Assembly (NCBI RefSeq): GCF_026571515.1
Contig: NW_026852595.1
Span: forward strand, 62,001 to 126,000
From: Ruditapes philippinarum
Taxonomy: Eukaryota
Length of the DNA stretch: 64,000 nt
Reading direction: 5' to 3'
A program made the position numbers and the translations under genes. The notes beneath the pieces were generated by a model that was given only the letters and a program-made list of their open reading frames with translations, was not told the DNA's origin and made no database searches. This document shows positions 1 through 12,628 of the stretch, piece by piece; within the stretch, counting starts at the first letter, position 1, and the number at the start of each line of letters is the position of its first letter.

Positions 1-396
1 ATACTAAGGAAAGCTGCTTTTGATAAGACCGTATACGATACTTTAGTCTTCGTATACTACAAAAGTACACACAAAATACACATGCATGTACATGGAACAC
101 ATATGGAATGTCGTATTTTTATACGGATTTCCTGTATACACGGTTTCACCTATATATACTTGTATACTTGGTCCGTTTATACGACAAAAATACGGCACAT
201 ACATTTCGTATAGTACATTATTTAAAATGGAAACAATTAGTCAATACAGAAAGTTCTGACACTGGAAATTATATTATCATTGTTTCTGGACATGAAACAA
301 GAGGTTTTATTGTGAAACTGTATACAGTGTACACATCACCTAACATAAAAATACAACAAACATATGTGAAATTGGCCTATAGTATATTTATTTTGG

Positions 397-400
397 CACA

Positions 401-444
<44 letters not shown>

Positions 445-453
445 CACACACAC
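397..453. repeat. (CA)n microsatellite
   Basis: About 28 CA units with two CG interruptions; explains the HTHT run in spurious ORF 108..500. Confidence 0.97.
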
Positions 454-856
454 GTGTGTGGGTGCTCACATATAAAAAACAAGATAAATTGGTAGATTAA
501 TGTTATAATGCTTAAAGCTTCTTTAGTTACAAAGAACAGGTCAGGAGCAACAATTTCCTTTCTTATTACCGTCAGATATCACTACCCTTGTTCTTTTATA
601 GACGTGCTCTTTATATTAATTGTTTTTAACACGGTGATTAATAAGTACCCTACCCTCAGCACCTTCCATACATAAAATAATCTGCTAATAATCGCCTGCA
701 ATAATGATATTATAAAAGTCATGCATTTGAAACTTTTTGCTGCAAGACAGTCATTCTTCTCAGGATAAAATTAAAATAAATTTTGTGTTCATTCAATATG
801 ATTAATACAACCGTGAATGATGAGACCATTATATTTATTGGGCTGAACTACATATG

Positions 857-1006
857 TCATTTTTTATTACCCCTCCTACGTTTAGATTTTAAACCACATG
901 GTCCGTTATAAAGATTGTGTATGTAGTATTTACAGTCTAACGACTTTGCATTTTTTGAGCCATCTTAATATCGTATTTTCATGAGTTCAAAAGCAAGTCT
1001 ACAAAT
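857..1006 (-). pseudogene. FUT8-like last exon with a premature stop
   Basis: ICRLAFELMKIRY*DGSKNAKSLDCKYY..KK*. Homology to FUT8 [28 protein letters not shown] continues past the TAA. Confidence 0.85.
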
Positions 1007-1288
1007 CTGGAAATAGAAATACATAGCAATACTAAGTTCTCTTAAGCCAACATATTCCTTTAAAATATAAACATGGGAATGTTTATTTGTAAGAAAAACA
1101 CATATTATTATACTTGTAAACATTAACTTAACAATATATTAAATATAAAATACAAAGCAAATGCAATGCACTTGTATATTAGGAAAAAAGCAAACACTTG
1201 AACACATTTGCAATGAAAGAACACTCTTCATTTTATACCGATGTTTGCACAATAATAAGTTAGTGTTACCAAAGTAAGATTTTTAATC

Positions 1289-1580
1289 TTTTTTTTTTTT
1301 TTTTTTTTTTTTTTAGGGGGGGGGGGTTACGTCACATCGACACAGTATAGGTCATATCGCGACGTTTCCAGCTTTACTGGTGGAGGAAGACCTCAGGTGC
1401 CCTTCCGTGCATTATTTCAGGCACGAACGGGCACCTAAGTAGAACACCGACGTTCCGTAAGCTAGCTGGATAGCTTCCTCACATGAAAGAATCCAAAGTC
1501 CCTGTTCCATTCGAACCCACAGCGGTGAGGGGCAAGTGGTTTGAAGTCAACGACCTTAACAACTCGGCCACGGACGCCCC
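1289..1580 (-). mobile_element. Full-length tRNA-derived SINE (resembles bivalve Meta-domain-type SINEs)
   Basis: 5' GGGGCGTCCGTGGCCGAG (A box), GGTTCGAAT (B box), central GAGGAAGCTATCCAGCTAGCTTACGG, A-rich tail. 14-bp TSD with one mismatch (1275-1288 and 1581-1594). Confidence 0.93.
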
Positions 1581-1769
1581 TAAGAATTTTAATCAATAAA
1601 TGGTCATAGTAACATATAAGACGAAATGGTGTGCTGATCCTGTCTTCCTTTTATATAGTTTCTTTTTATAATCTAAACAAATAATTTCACATAAAATTGA
1701 ATAGATTGTTGTGTATGTAGTGCTAATATGTTAAAAATAAAAAGGTAAAAAATTATAAAAATGACTTAC

Positions 1770-1923
1770 GTTAGATGACATGGTACAGACAAGGTAATCG
1801 CACATTGATAATAGAAATATGTCACTGATGATATCTTTCAGAGATGAAAATTGCAACCGCAATGTACGACTATTTGCAGCTAGAGTTGCATTCATATCAT
1901 GTATAAATGTGTAGTTAGGAAAT
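1770..1923 (-). CDS. FUT8-like exon
   Basis: tttcag|..FPNYTFI..DIISDIFLLSMCDYLVCTMSSN|gtaagt, compare FUT8 YPNYEFI..DIHFLSQADFLVCTFSSQ. Confidence 0.9.
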
Positions 1924-2212
1924 CTGAAATAAGTGTTAATAAATAAAACACTTTTTTACTTTCTATCTTTTTTTTTAATGAAACAATCGTTATTGTTATT
2001 GTTATGCGTTTGCCCTTTTTCGCTTTTTTGTATTAATCAATTTGTGCTTGGTTTTATTTCCTTTTTGGCCTTTGCTTGTTGTTTTGTAACATAACCTCCG
2101 TTTATATTCGAGCTATAAACCAATATTTATTCCGAACACAAAACGGTGATGTTACATAATGTACACAAACTATGATATATCGTATTGTTATTGTTTTCTT
2201 TTTCTTATTTCT

Positions 2213-2421
2213 ATGGACCTTTCCGGTGTTTCGTAGCGGAACATTTAGCCACACCTTTTCCATTAATTGCTAGGTCAACTGCTCACAAACAGTATCACAA
2301 ACATAAGCACGTGTTTTTTTGTGCAAACCAGGTCAACCAGTGACTATGTATTATCTCAATGTAGCGATTGGATAACAAGTTAGCCAATTTACATTAAACT
2401 GTAAACACCGGAAAGGTCCAT
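2213..2421. mobile_element. MITE, 209 bp
   Basis: Perfect 19-bp TIR: atggacctttccggtgttt (2213-2231) and aaacaccggaaaggtccat (2403-2421); non-coding interior. Confidence 0.85.
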
Positions 2422-2949
2422 TAATTTTTCTTCATGTGAAAGATTGAACCAGCCGGAGAGGCGGTGTCCTTTTTTTAAATGTATGACTAATTTTTCCTAA
2501 ACAAATATGGCAAATACTTATATACCTGTTATGAGCTCTGCCTGATATGTCCGACGATTCTCACGGACCGTGCATTAAGCCATAGTCTTGTAAAAAATAA
2601 TGTGGCAAGAGGACACTGACAATATATTATTGGATTAAAATGTATGTGGGAAGTCAAATAACAAATTTAATAATGCATGATGAAAGGGTTTATGGATTTG
2701 ATTAAATCATTTATTTTTGACGTGTAGCTTATGAAATTACTTGTGCTGACATAAATGTTTATGCAGGAAAGAAGAACCTTTACGAACGGTATATGATTTA
2801 AGACACTTATGTTTAATAAGGTGTGATCCACATGTATCTGATCGAATTGCTCAATCTGACACCAATAAAGTTTAAATGTGTAGAAAAACAACATAAGTGT
2901 GACCAGGAAAAAGAGAAACTAATTAACGAAAAGGCACAATAATTTACAC

Positions 2950-5738
2950 CAAAAAGTGCTCGTGGGAAATGTTAAATGCAGAAAGGGAAGCCCATACCCT
3001 ACAAAAAAACAAGCAAATTGAAGAAGAAAATGAAAAGCTAAGAATACAAATACATTATCAATGTTGAAAGTGAAACAATGAAAGTGAAAAAGAGCAAACT
3101 TTCTGCAAAATGTTGGCAGGTCAAAAGAAGTTGCTCGAAAATGTTGTTATAAGTCAAAGCATTTAATAAAATATAGACCGACCTTTAACGAAAACAAGGC
3201 AAGTTGTATCAAATGAACAAACAAAAAAGCCATTTAACATTTAACATTCAAATGTGACAAAAGGAAATGCTATCACATAAACTTTCTAGATGAGGAAAAA
3301 TAGTGGCAGTATGTACTTAAATTAAAACAGAGAGAAACAGGATCCCTAAATAAAGTCCAAAACGACAAAATTGAAAGTGTTGCAGGCTCGGGTTGATTGA
3401 GCCTGTTCACGGACGGTACTGAAAAGTGCAAGTTACCATATGTAAGTATAATCTACAGAGAGTTCACCAACAACATTGAATGAAAATAAGCAGCAAATGA
3501 AAGCAAATGTTAATCCAACTTAGAAAATGATTTCCAAAAGAACAAAGGAATTTGGACTACAAACAGAAGAAACAAGTTTTACTTGTGGGAACATCAAGTA
3601 TATAAAAAGTGTTAAAGTACACAGTTGCACAAGCCAACGACTTTATCCAAAACATGATAACAAAATCAAGTACGATCTTTTAATACACCAAACTCTGTGT
3701 AACAAGCTTTACAAACAGGAAGATGTTTTCATAGATGAACTAGACCAAGTGGTGAAAACATTTCCTAATACAAATGTATTACTCTCCTACGATCTACATA
3801 GAGGTGAACGTAAATAAACTTAACAAACGTATTACCTCGCATGTTGCTGGAAAGACAGGGCAACTATCAACACCAACAGTAACCAGTTTCCTCTTCAAGG
3901 AGTTCTACATTAGCCAGTAAACATTTAAATGTACCTTATATTACTCAAATATTAATCAATGCTGTGAATTCATGTGGCACACATTATATTCACAGCAATG
4001 ATAAAATTAATGATAACTCTATGGTTAAGATGTATTTTTGTTACTACCATTTGTTGAGATAAAGTGTAAATCTATTACGATCATGTTTTCTTATCTAAAC
4101 GTAGTGAGTTGAATTATTCATTATCTTAAAAATATGAATCATAAGAAACTAAATGATCCAATAGTTCATAATGAAATTTCAAAGCATGATATGTTTTCGT
4201 CTACAAGAGACTAAACTGATTAAAGATGAAGTTGCATCTGTTACGAAAGCGTTGTAAATGTTGTTAAAAGAATACAACGTATCTGATGGTATGCTTATAC
4301 TTTTAAAACCACCTACAGCTCAAGGTTGCTTTTCTGAACATAGCTACATTTAGTTAATACTTTCCAAGGATTGTTTTTACTTGTGATAGAGATATTTACC
4401 TCTATTTTATATGCTGCACCTAATAGTTTATCTTTTGTTAAGAAGCATACTTTAGACTTTGTGAAACAGTTTAGATATTATGTAAAAACTTATAAACACA
4501 AGGGTGATGTCAGAATATGGTTTGGAGATGAGTTTGTTGACACTACTTGTAACTCAAAATATTTACTAATGCCAGATGAAGACGGAATTACCTATGTTCT
4601 TATAAATAAACGCAACATTCAAGATTATGTGTATTGATCTAGGGTCTAAAACCTGTTAGGTTGTTGTATTTCATCAAATCTACACATTTTAAATGACAAA
4701 CTTGTGGAGAATATGTTGGTAGATATACATCATATCAATACAACGTGATAGTATGGTATTGTATCTGAACAAGCTATATTCTAATGCTGCTGAACATATC
4801 GTCATGCAAATATACAGAATAGTATGCAAACGAATATATTTTTTTCACATCAGTAGATCAAATAAAAGACTGTTCAGTCCTTGTTGTTATTTATAGAAGT
4901 CAGAAACCGTACCAGTTTTTTAAGAAGCATGTGCTTCTTATGATGTAAAAAAATGCAGATTTTATATGCATTGATATATAATCAAATATAAGTACAAATA
5001 TTGATTTTATTGTTCAGAGTTAAAAGTTTATTTTAGATGTTGCATGTAGTAAGTCTTTAAGAGCGAAAAAAGGTTTTACAAAACTTAAGCTAATCACACA
5101 AACCACAAGAACTGTAAGAGAAAATAATTGATTCGTAGGAGTAATAAGTATGCAAATAATTCAATGACATAAGAAGAAATATATTATACACAGTGTATAT
5201 TTTTTCAGCCAAAGGCACGCACTAGTGATCATATGTATGTTCTGATATGTTGTTGCAAAATTTAAAGCTTGTTAGTTAAAGCTTTACACCTTTTCTGTAG
5301 ATTTGATTTTATTTTACACTCTACGCTTATTGTCAAAATGAATAATATTGTAATAAGTGGACCTTTTTAACTGTCTTGAGATATATGTACAAGGCAATTT
5401 ATATTTATGTCAAAGTAAAATCTGAAAAAAAGAGATGTATTCAACATCAAGTCATTATTATAATTCAAATAACTAATCCATAAAACTAGAACAAATAACA
5501 ATGGAAATGATATACGCAGTTATTAGTATATTGATACAATTAAACAATCTGTTGATGTAAGACAGGGATACAACTTAAGCCGTATTTTATTATAGATATT
5601 TGTTAACGATTAACAGGAACAATTTACAAAAAAAATCATGATCCGGTTAAGTTAATCATAGCGTATTAATAGTTATTGTTAATAATATGTAGACGAATTG
5701 ATACTGATGTTTAAAATTGACAGTGGTTTACAATTATA
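2950..5738 (+). mobile_element. Old decayed LINE (CR1-group-like), 5' part
   Basis: Fragments resemble an esterase-type ORF1 (3527..3817), an endonuclease (about 4370-4740) and RT (VRQGYNLS.ILL.IFVND at about 5555-5610; YVDELILM..SGLQ). The 5' boundary is approximate. Confidence 0.6.
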
Positions 5739-8700
5739 TAATATAAAGTGCGCCATATGCAGGCTGCAATTTTTATGCTCTTCAAATTTTGATTTATTAC
5801 GCTTGAACAAGCTGCTTTTGGGTCTGGATTTTTGGCAGGGACATCTATAAACTTGTAACCAACATGTTACAGAAATTGATTTTATGATTTATATTTGGAT
5901 TTATGAGTTATTTTGAATTGAAAAAGTTTGAAAATAACAAATATTGGAAAAATTGAATATACAGTATAATTATATCAATTGTGTTGGTGAACACCAAATC
6001 ACCTGAAGTCATGGCTAATCCATGTACAATGACAGTGAGACAGTACAATAGAGAGCAATTATTGGATTGTAGATCTGTGCCTAGAAGCTATGTTATACCA
6101 AATGAAGAAACGTTATCTTTGTTGAAAAATTATGGTATTTTGAAATATAGAGGTAAACGAGCTGGCCAGCCAAGGATTAAACATAATGGTGGTGTTCATT
6201 TGGCAAACTTAGTTCAAATTAAACTTGATCATACATACATACAAAATGTCCATAGACAGAGAAAAATGAAACTTGCCACAGTTAATACAAGATCTATACG
6301 GAATAAATCGGCAGATCTTCTCCAGCATATCCTTGAAGAGAATATTGACTTTTGTTTAATTACGGAAACTTGGCTACAGACTGATGGTGATGATGTTGTT
6401 AGGGGTGAACTGGCTCAGGAAGGGTTCTGCTTTGATGATGTACCCAGGCCTGATCGTAGTGGTGGAGGAATAGGCCTTCTATACAGAGATAACCTGAAAG
6501 TGTCAAGCCTACCCAGCAAATCGTATCAATCATTTGAATGTGCTGAATGGCAAATATGTATCCAAACATTCATACTTAGAATCGTTGGCATTTATAGACC
6601 GCCATATTCTGCAAAACACCCGGTCACTCAAGCTACATTCATGACTGAATTCACTGAATATTTAGAACAAGTATCATCTCAATCTAGGTCCATGGTAATT
6701 CTTGGGGACTTCAATATTCATATGGACATGCAATCAGACTGCTACACCAAGCAATTCCAACAATGTTTGAAATCATATGGACTTGTTCAGCATGTGAATA
6801 CTCCAACTCATTCTAGTGGGCATATTATTGACCTGATCATCACAAAAAAGGAAGACAAACTTGCTAGTGTAAACAATCTTCAGTCTAACTATTACATCTC
6901 TGATCACTGTTTTGTTAGTTGTAATATTCAACAATTCTGCCCCCCTTTGGTTACAAAAAACATCATATCACGTAACTGGAAATGTGTGTCGAAGAACTTG
7001 TTAGAAGCCGATCTTGAAGAGTTAAACAGTTTAGCAGAAAAATCATCTACCGTGAATGAACTTGTGTCTGATTTCACAAAGACTGCATCTGATATAATTT
7101 GTAAACATGCTCCATTGAAAGAAAGATCAATTACTGTTAGACCCAAACTTCCATGGTACTCTGGATATCTTAAGCAATTAAAACAGTACAAAAGATCAAT
7201 AGAGAAAATATACTTAAAGGACAGGTCAGATCTCACAAAAATAGTGTACAATAATGTAAGAAACTCCTATACTGCGGCAATAGCATCAGCAAAGGATGGG
7301 TTCTATCAGAGTAGAATCGGAGAGGCTGAAGGGAATGTGAAGAAGTTATATAGCGTGACTTCAGACTTGCTTGGGCGTTCGAAGGATAACCCACTTCCAC
7401 CTCATACCAGTGAGACGGCACTCGCAAACGATTTCTTGCGTTACTTTAGTGACAAAATCCTTAAACTTCGTGATGATCTGGATAACATAAACACAGAAAC
7501 ATCATCTTCAGTGATTGATAGTATTATGGCATCTGATGTACCATCAAGTGAAAATATCATGAACAAATTTATACCACTAAATGAAAAAGACATAATCAAA
7601 CTTGTGAGTGAATCAAAAACAACAACATGTGAGTTGGACGTTATGCCAACACCAAAGCTGAAAGAAAATCTTCATTTGATTGCACCTGTTGTGACAGAAA
7701 TCGTGAATCGGTCATTGTCTTCTGGTGTTTTTCCAGAGACGTGGAAGAGCGCTGTTATTAAGCCCCTTTTGAAAAAGAAAGGCCTTCCCTTAGAATTGAA
7801 AAACTATCGGCCTGTATCAAACCTGTCATTCTTGTCGAAAATTCTTGAAAAAGCTGCAATGAACCAAATTTCAAGCCACATTGAGTCCAACAATTTGTTA
7901 CCATCTTACCAAAGTGCATACCGTAAATTTCACAGTGTTGAGTCTGCTATGATGAAAATGTACAGTGATCTGCTAGAAACAGCTGATAGCCGCCATGTGA
8001 CAATAGTTGTAATGATTGATTTAAGCGCCGCCTTCGATACTATCGATATACCAATATTACTTGAAATCCTACAGAAAGACTTTGCCATACAGGGTATTCC
8101 ATTAAAGTGGATCGAATCTTATTTAACCAACAGAGATATGAAAGTAGTCATTGAACAGTCTTCATCGGATACTGAGCCACTGAGGTTCGGGGTTCCCCAG
8201 GGTTCTTGTGCTGGACCGGTGATATTTACTCTCTATATAGCTGCCCTTAACAAAATAGTCCAGAAATATCCGGCGGATTTGTATGGATATGCAGACGATC
8301 ATAAAGTGGCATTTAAAATTAGAGCTGGTGACCATCACAGCGAAGAAATCGTTCGCCAAAAATTAACTGACTGTCTTAATGATATTGTGTCATGGATGAC
8401 TAGATTTAAGTTAAAAATGAACAATAGCAAAACAGAAATCATCATTTATGGTACAAGACATCAGCTGAAGAAATTGAACATTTCAAGTGTCAATGTTGGT
8501 GGGGTCGAAGTCAACTGTGTTGACAATGTGAGAGACCTTGGAGTACAGATGACCAGCACTTTAAGTTTTGACATCCATATTCAAAAGAAGTGTCAGATTG
8601 CACACATGCAGTTAAGAAATTTGAAAGCAATCAGAAAACATCTCACTCAGAAATCTGCAGAAATCCTTGTTCACGGTTTGATTCATTCACATTTAGACTT

Positions 8701-9295
8701 TTGCAATGGATTATTCGCTGATATTCCAGCCTATCAACTTGATAAATTACAACGTGTGCAAAATTATGCTGCTAGAATTGTCACTGGAGCTGCTTACTAT
8801 CAATCCAGTGCTGAAATTCTTAAATCACTCCACTGGCTTCCAATTCGAGCAAGAATCATGTACAAAGTTATTGTGACTGTGTTTCGTGTTGCAAATGGCA
8901 CCGCTCCATTGTATCTTCGTAAATTGTTCACTAAATGCCAGAGTCAGTACAGGAAAAGACTGAGATCCTCATCATCTAGCCACATTCGGTTTGATATACC
9001 ATCAACAAATTCAAAACTTGCTGATAGATCCTTGGCCATTGTGGGACCTAAATGGTGGAATTCATTGCCAGACTATCTGAAGGACATTACCAATGAAAAT
9101 CAGTTTAAGGCCAAACTTAAAACATACTTGTTTGGACTGTTTTTCAACTAGAGTTGTAGATTGGCTGTGCCATCGATACTGGGTTTGGGAGTGTCTTGAT
9201 CAAGCATATGTGTATATAGTCTTAACAATGTACAGCGCAATCGAATATTTAATACATTTTTGCGCTATATAAATGTCTTGTATTTGTATTTGTAT
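5739..9295 (+). mobile_element. Intact single-ORF L2-type LINE
   Basis: Uninterrupted APE+RT ORF. L2-like 3' stem-loop (tgtacagcgca...tgcgctatataaat), (TTGTAT)n tail and a likely TSD ttata (5734-5738 and 9296-9300). Confidence 0.93.
6011..9151 (+). CDS. LINE ORF2: AP endonuclease plus reverse transcriptase
   Basis: APE motifs NTRS, ITETWL, GDFNIH, SDH. RT motifs YRPVSNL, DLSAAFD, GVPQGS, YADD. First ATG at 6011 (in-frame GTG at 5981). Confidence 0.97.
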   Translation: MANPCTMTVRQYNREQLLDCRSVPRSYVIPNEETLSLLKNYGILKYRGKRAGQPRIKHNGGVHLANLVQIKLDHTYIQNVHRQRKMKLATVNTRSIRNKSADLLQHILEENIDFCLITETWLQTDGDDVVRGELAQEGFCFDDVPRPDRSGGGIGLLYRDNLKVSSLPSKSYQSFECAEWQICIQTFILRIVGIYRPPYSAKHPVTQATFMTEFTEYLEQVSSQSRSMVILGDFNIHMDMQSDCYTKQFQQCLKSYGLVQHVNTPTHSSGHIIDLIITKKEDKLASVNNLQSNYYISDHCFVSCNIQQFCPPLVTKNIISRNWKCVSKNLLEADLEELNSLAEKSSTVNELVSDFTKTASDIICKHAPLKERSITVRPKLPWYSGYLKQLKQYKRSIEKIYLKDRSDLTKIVYNNVRNSYTAAIASAKDGFYQSRIGEAEGNVKKLYSVTSDLLGRSKDNPLPPHTSETALANDFLRYFSDKILKLRDDLDNINTETSSSVIDSIMASDVPSSENIMNKFIPLNEKDIIKLVSESKTTTCELDVMPTPKLKENLHLIAPVVTEIVNRSLSSGVFPETWKSAVIKPLLKKKGLPLELKNYRPVSNLSFLSKILEKAAMNQISSHIESNNLLPSYQSAYRKFHSVESAMMKMYSDLLETADSRHVTIVVMIDLSAAFDTIDIPILLEILQKDFAIQGIPLKWIESYLTNRDMKVVIEQSSSDTEPLRFGVPQGSCAGPVIFTLYIAALNKIVQKYPADLYGYADDHKVAFKIRAGDHHSEEIVRQKLTDCLNDIVSWMTRFKLKMNNSKTEIIIYGTRHQLKKLNISSVNVGGVEVNCVDNVRDLGVQMTSTLSFDIHIQKKCQIAHMQLRNLKAIRKHLTQKSAEILVHGLIHSHLDFCNGLFADIPAYQLDKLQRVQNYAARIVTGAAYYQSSAEILKSLHWLPIRARIMYKVIVTVFRVANGTAPLYLRKLFTKCQSQYRKRLRSSSSSHIRFDIPSTNSKLADRSLAIVGPKWWNSLPDYLKDITNENQFKAKLKTYLFGLFFN

Positions 9296-9300
9296 TTATA

Positions 9301-10626
9301 CTTGGGTTATTTGTCTGACTATTGTACCAAAGTTGTTGAACTGTTAATCTTAAAAATACATAAGTGTAAGTATTTGGGAAAGACAAACTTATCTCATATC
9401 ATAGTCTGGGGACCTTTCTGTTGAAAATGTGCCAGAGATAATCGTATACATATACATGCACAGTGTGTTAACTGGAGTGCAGGTATATGTATTGGTTCAG
9501 AGCATGCCAATTGATTGGCTCATTTTTGCTGGGGTTTACTTATTGTGACGGCAAAGAAAGGAAAAGCAGCATAAATGTCATAATTTAGATGCTCTTTCAT
9601 TGGTTACTTTTTTCTGGGGTTTTATATTGTGACAACAGGGAACGTGTTTTTATGTTTGACTATGATACAAAAGAGAAAAGATCATCCAAACACTCGGCAA
9701 TCTGATTTATAAATGGGGGTGTGTGGGGGGGGGGGGGCTAAGCCCCCTCGTACAAATCAGATAGCCTTGTGTTTCGATGCTCTTTCTATTACTTATAGAA
9801 CTGATTCCTTACAACAGGTGACATCTTACAAATATTCAGGTATTTTGTTCAGTTGAAATCGCTCATGTATTGTTTCTTAAGAAGTCTTTATTATAGAAGT
9901 AAATCCTTTCAACAAGTGACATCTTACACATATTAAAGAAGTCTGTTCAGTTAAAAGCGCTCATTTATTGTTTGTGAAGAAGATCGATCTTTATACACGT
10001 GCAATTTGAGCTTATTATCAAGGTATTTGTTGATGTGAAAAGTAGTATAAAACACATTTTTATCATATTGTTAAACTTTACTAAATTTCGGATCAGTGCT
10101 CATAGACTATAAACAGATATCGAAATATATCTGTCAATAATAGAATTTGCAATATTACAAAATATTGAAATAGAAAAACCTTTTATGTTGAGATGTTATC
10201 TTCATTATTTTTAAATAATTCTATTAATTTCGGATATATCTTAAAAGTACCAAACTTTAAATCTCTACAAATGTCAGAACAGTTTATGATGTTTAGTGAG
10301 AATAATGAAACGATAAAATATGAAGCAAACTTTGTCCATATTTCTTATTCCGAATATCTAAAAAAATGAGCATCTGGTTGAACTTACATAGTGGGTAATT
10401 TGGTTGTATGTATTTACATAATATTATTTTCATATTAAATTTTGTCTTTTAATATGCCTTAGTTTGTTATTGTTACAAAGTCTTTTGTTAATTGTGTTTG
10501 CTAATAATAATTAAGCTTTAGTTATGTTATGTTTTCATAAGTTTTCTACATCTTGTACACTATTAATATTATGTTAAGGCCCGTGGTTTCAAATAAATTT
10601 ATTCTATACTATTATATTCTATTCTA
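9301..10626 (+). mobile_element. 3' remnants of the old LINE, mixed with other small repeats
   Basis: LGYLSDYCTK..TVNLKNT continues the SGLQ RT frame. The segment ends in aataaa plus an (ATTCT)n-like tail at about 10592-10626. Confidence 0.5.
9668..9795. repeat. Short imperfect palindromic element (MITE-like)
   Basis: catccaaacactcggcaatctgattt..ggggg is the inverse of ccccctcgtacaaatcagatagccttgtgtttcgatg. The right arm recurs at about 39522-39574. Confidence 0.6.
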
Positions 10627-10790
10627 TCGGTGTCACATTTTAATCGCATTAAACATCTACTTCTAGATTAATATTCTTTTTTTTTTTAGATCGGTGTTCT
10701 CTTTTTCCCCTTTTTTTACTTAGATTCGGTAAGCAAAATCAAGGCATATTAACAAATAATTCTAAAAATGAATTAAATTAGCATATTTAC

Positions 10791-10973
10791 AATAATTTTG
10801 CCTCTGTAACAACACTCGGCTCATCAGTAACAAGGAATATTTTGCGAGTTTTAAGAGCTTCCCCAGTATTTTCCTCATAGTTATTAAACCAAGTTTCTGC
10901 AGCCATCATATAGTCTGTAACATTATATAACCTGGCTTCAAGTATTAATTTGTCTGTCCTCCGAATGTGTAAC
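10791..10973 (-). CDS. FUT8-like exon with the GDP-fucose-binding/catalytic motif
   Basis: GLHIRRTDKLILEA...KIFLVTDEPSVV, compare FUT8 GVHVRRTDKVGTEA...YLATDDPS. Confidence 0.92.
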
Positions 10974-11720
10974 CTGTAAATTAACAAAAGATATCACTTT
11001 ATTATTTATTTTAATCAATTAATCACAACTATAGAATTATAATACTAATATAGAATCACATGTATTACTTTAGTATAAAATGCAAACAAAAGTGTGTGTT
11101 ATTTTTTGTTTGTTTGTTTGTTTTTTTTTTTTTTTTGTTGTTTTTTTTTCAAAACCTTTTCGAGTACTAACATATTATTTTATTAAAATAATACGTTTTT
11201 CTCCTATCCTAGAAGAATATTAAAGTTATATAAATACATAGCTTAAATTCGTGATCAGTTGGTAGAAGCAACGATTATGTTGTAGAAAATATTATGGTTG
11301 TAGCAGTTTTTGTCGAAGAAGAGGTAGATGCAATTTTAGAACTTGCATAAAGTAGCGATGGTGTAATTAGCAGTAATAGGAACACAAAAAAGAGCAATAG
11401 CAAACTTTAGTTAAAGGTGTAACAATAGTAATCTCAGTCACATAAGTTGAAGTATAAGACGCAGTTGCGGTAATAGTATAATATAAGACTCGTATAAAAA
11501 ATTGTGGCAAAGCAGCCGCAGTCGCATTTAAAATTTCAGTAATAGGAATAGCAAGTGCAGTCACAATAGTAGTAAAAAATGTAGCAGTTAAAATGATAAA
11601 TTTCAGAACAGCAATATCGACTGCAGTTGCATAATTAGAAGTAGTAAAACAGTCGCAAAGAAGCAGCCACTGTAGTTAAAGGATTATTTATAGTCGAGTG
11701 TTAGTGGTGCATTGATATAC

Positions 11721-11954
11721 CCAACAATCACGTTCTTGAATCCATATGACACTTTTTTTTAGTGATGAGGTTCTGGAGACGTATTGTAGGTCTTAAGATG
11801 AAAGCAGCCATTTGACCGGCCCACCAAAGCTGTGGGTTTCTGTGAAAACGTATGACACTTTTTCTGTTGCTTTCAGGAATTGACCTGTGAAGCTCGACAT
11901 ACATTGGTCCGAAATCAATGCGTATTACTGGAATATCTTCAGTGTTGAAAAGAG
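11721..11954 (-). pseudogene. FUT8-like exon with a 1-nt frameshift in an A8 run
   Basis: IRFHRNPQLWWAGQMAAFILRP..ITKK/VSYGFKNVIVG. The exon is 234 nt, but the flanking phases require 235. Confidence 0.85.
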
Positions 11955-12046
11955 CTATATGTAAAAGAACAATATTATTACAATTATAAAGTTATTACTT
12001 ATAATTAAATTGAAGACATGTTTACTCAATTATATCATCTGCTTAT

Positions 12047-12081
12047 GTATGTCTGTCTGTCTGTCTGTCTGTTTGACTGCC

Positions 12082-12112
<31 letters not shown>

Positions 12113-12130
12113 ATGTATGTATGTATGTAC
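12047..12130. repeat. (TCTG)n/(TATG)n microsatellite
   Basis: Direct tetranucleotide repeats; explains the overlapping spurious ORFs at 12010-12395. Confidence 0.95.
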
Positions 12131-12628
12131 AGGTGACTGTCAAATTCACACGAACAATTGGCACGCTGCAGCCAGGACTCGAATCACTTGTCTCTGGATT
12201 GCCACAATATATTAAATGGGTATTAATAAGAGAAAAAAACTCTGATTGTGACTGTGTCAGTAAACCGTTGTAAAAGTTAAAATAAAGTAAAAAATAATTT
12301 AAACATATAAGGTCAATAAGCACGAAAAACAAAACAAGAAGAAAAAACGCCACAACGACCGCTGTCGTATAGTGGTTAGCATACTTGACCGGCAAACCAG
12401 AAACCCATGGTTCGAGTCCGGCTCTGTCGTGTCGATTTTTCGTGTGTTTTTTATATGTATAATTTTCCGGTCAAGACATTCCTTATTTCATGTATATATA
12501 TTATAATACTAAATCAAATTTTCAAATTATAAAAGAAATATTGAAAATTATGTGATAGCTCTGGTCTTTAGTGTCAGTGTCTATTAAGATATGAGAACAA
12601 GAACAAATTCATAAATAAAATGCATTAC

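Noticed and set aside
108-500. 130-aa ORF with an HT repeat
   Set aside because: Produced by the (CA)n microsatellite; no domain recognised.
11270-11690. GTA/GCA-rich stretch and ORF 11367..11564
   Set aside because: Decayed trinucleotide low-complexity DNA within an intron.
12361-12428. Possible tRNA gene
   Set aside because: A and B boxes are present but the acceptor stem does not pair properly; treated as a tRNA-derived fragment.
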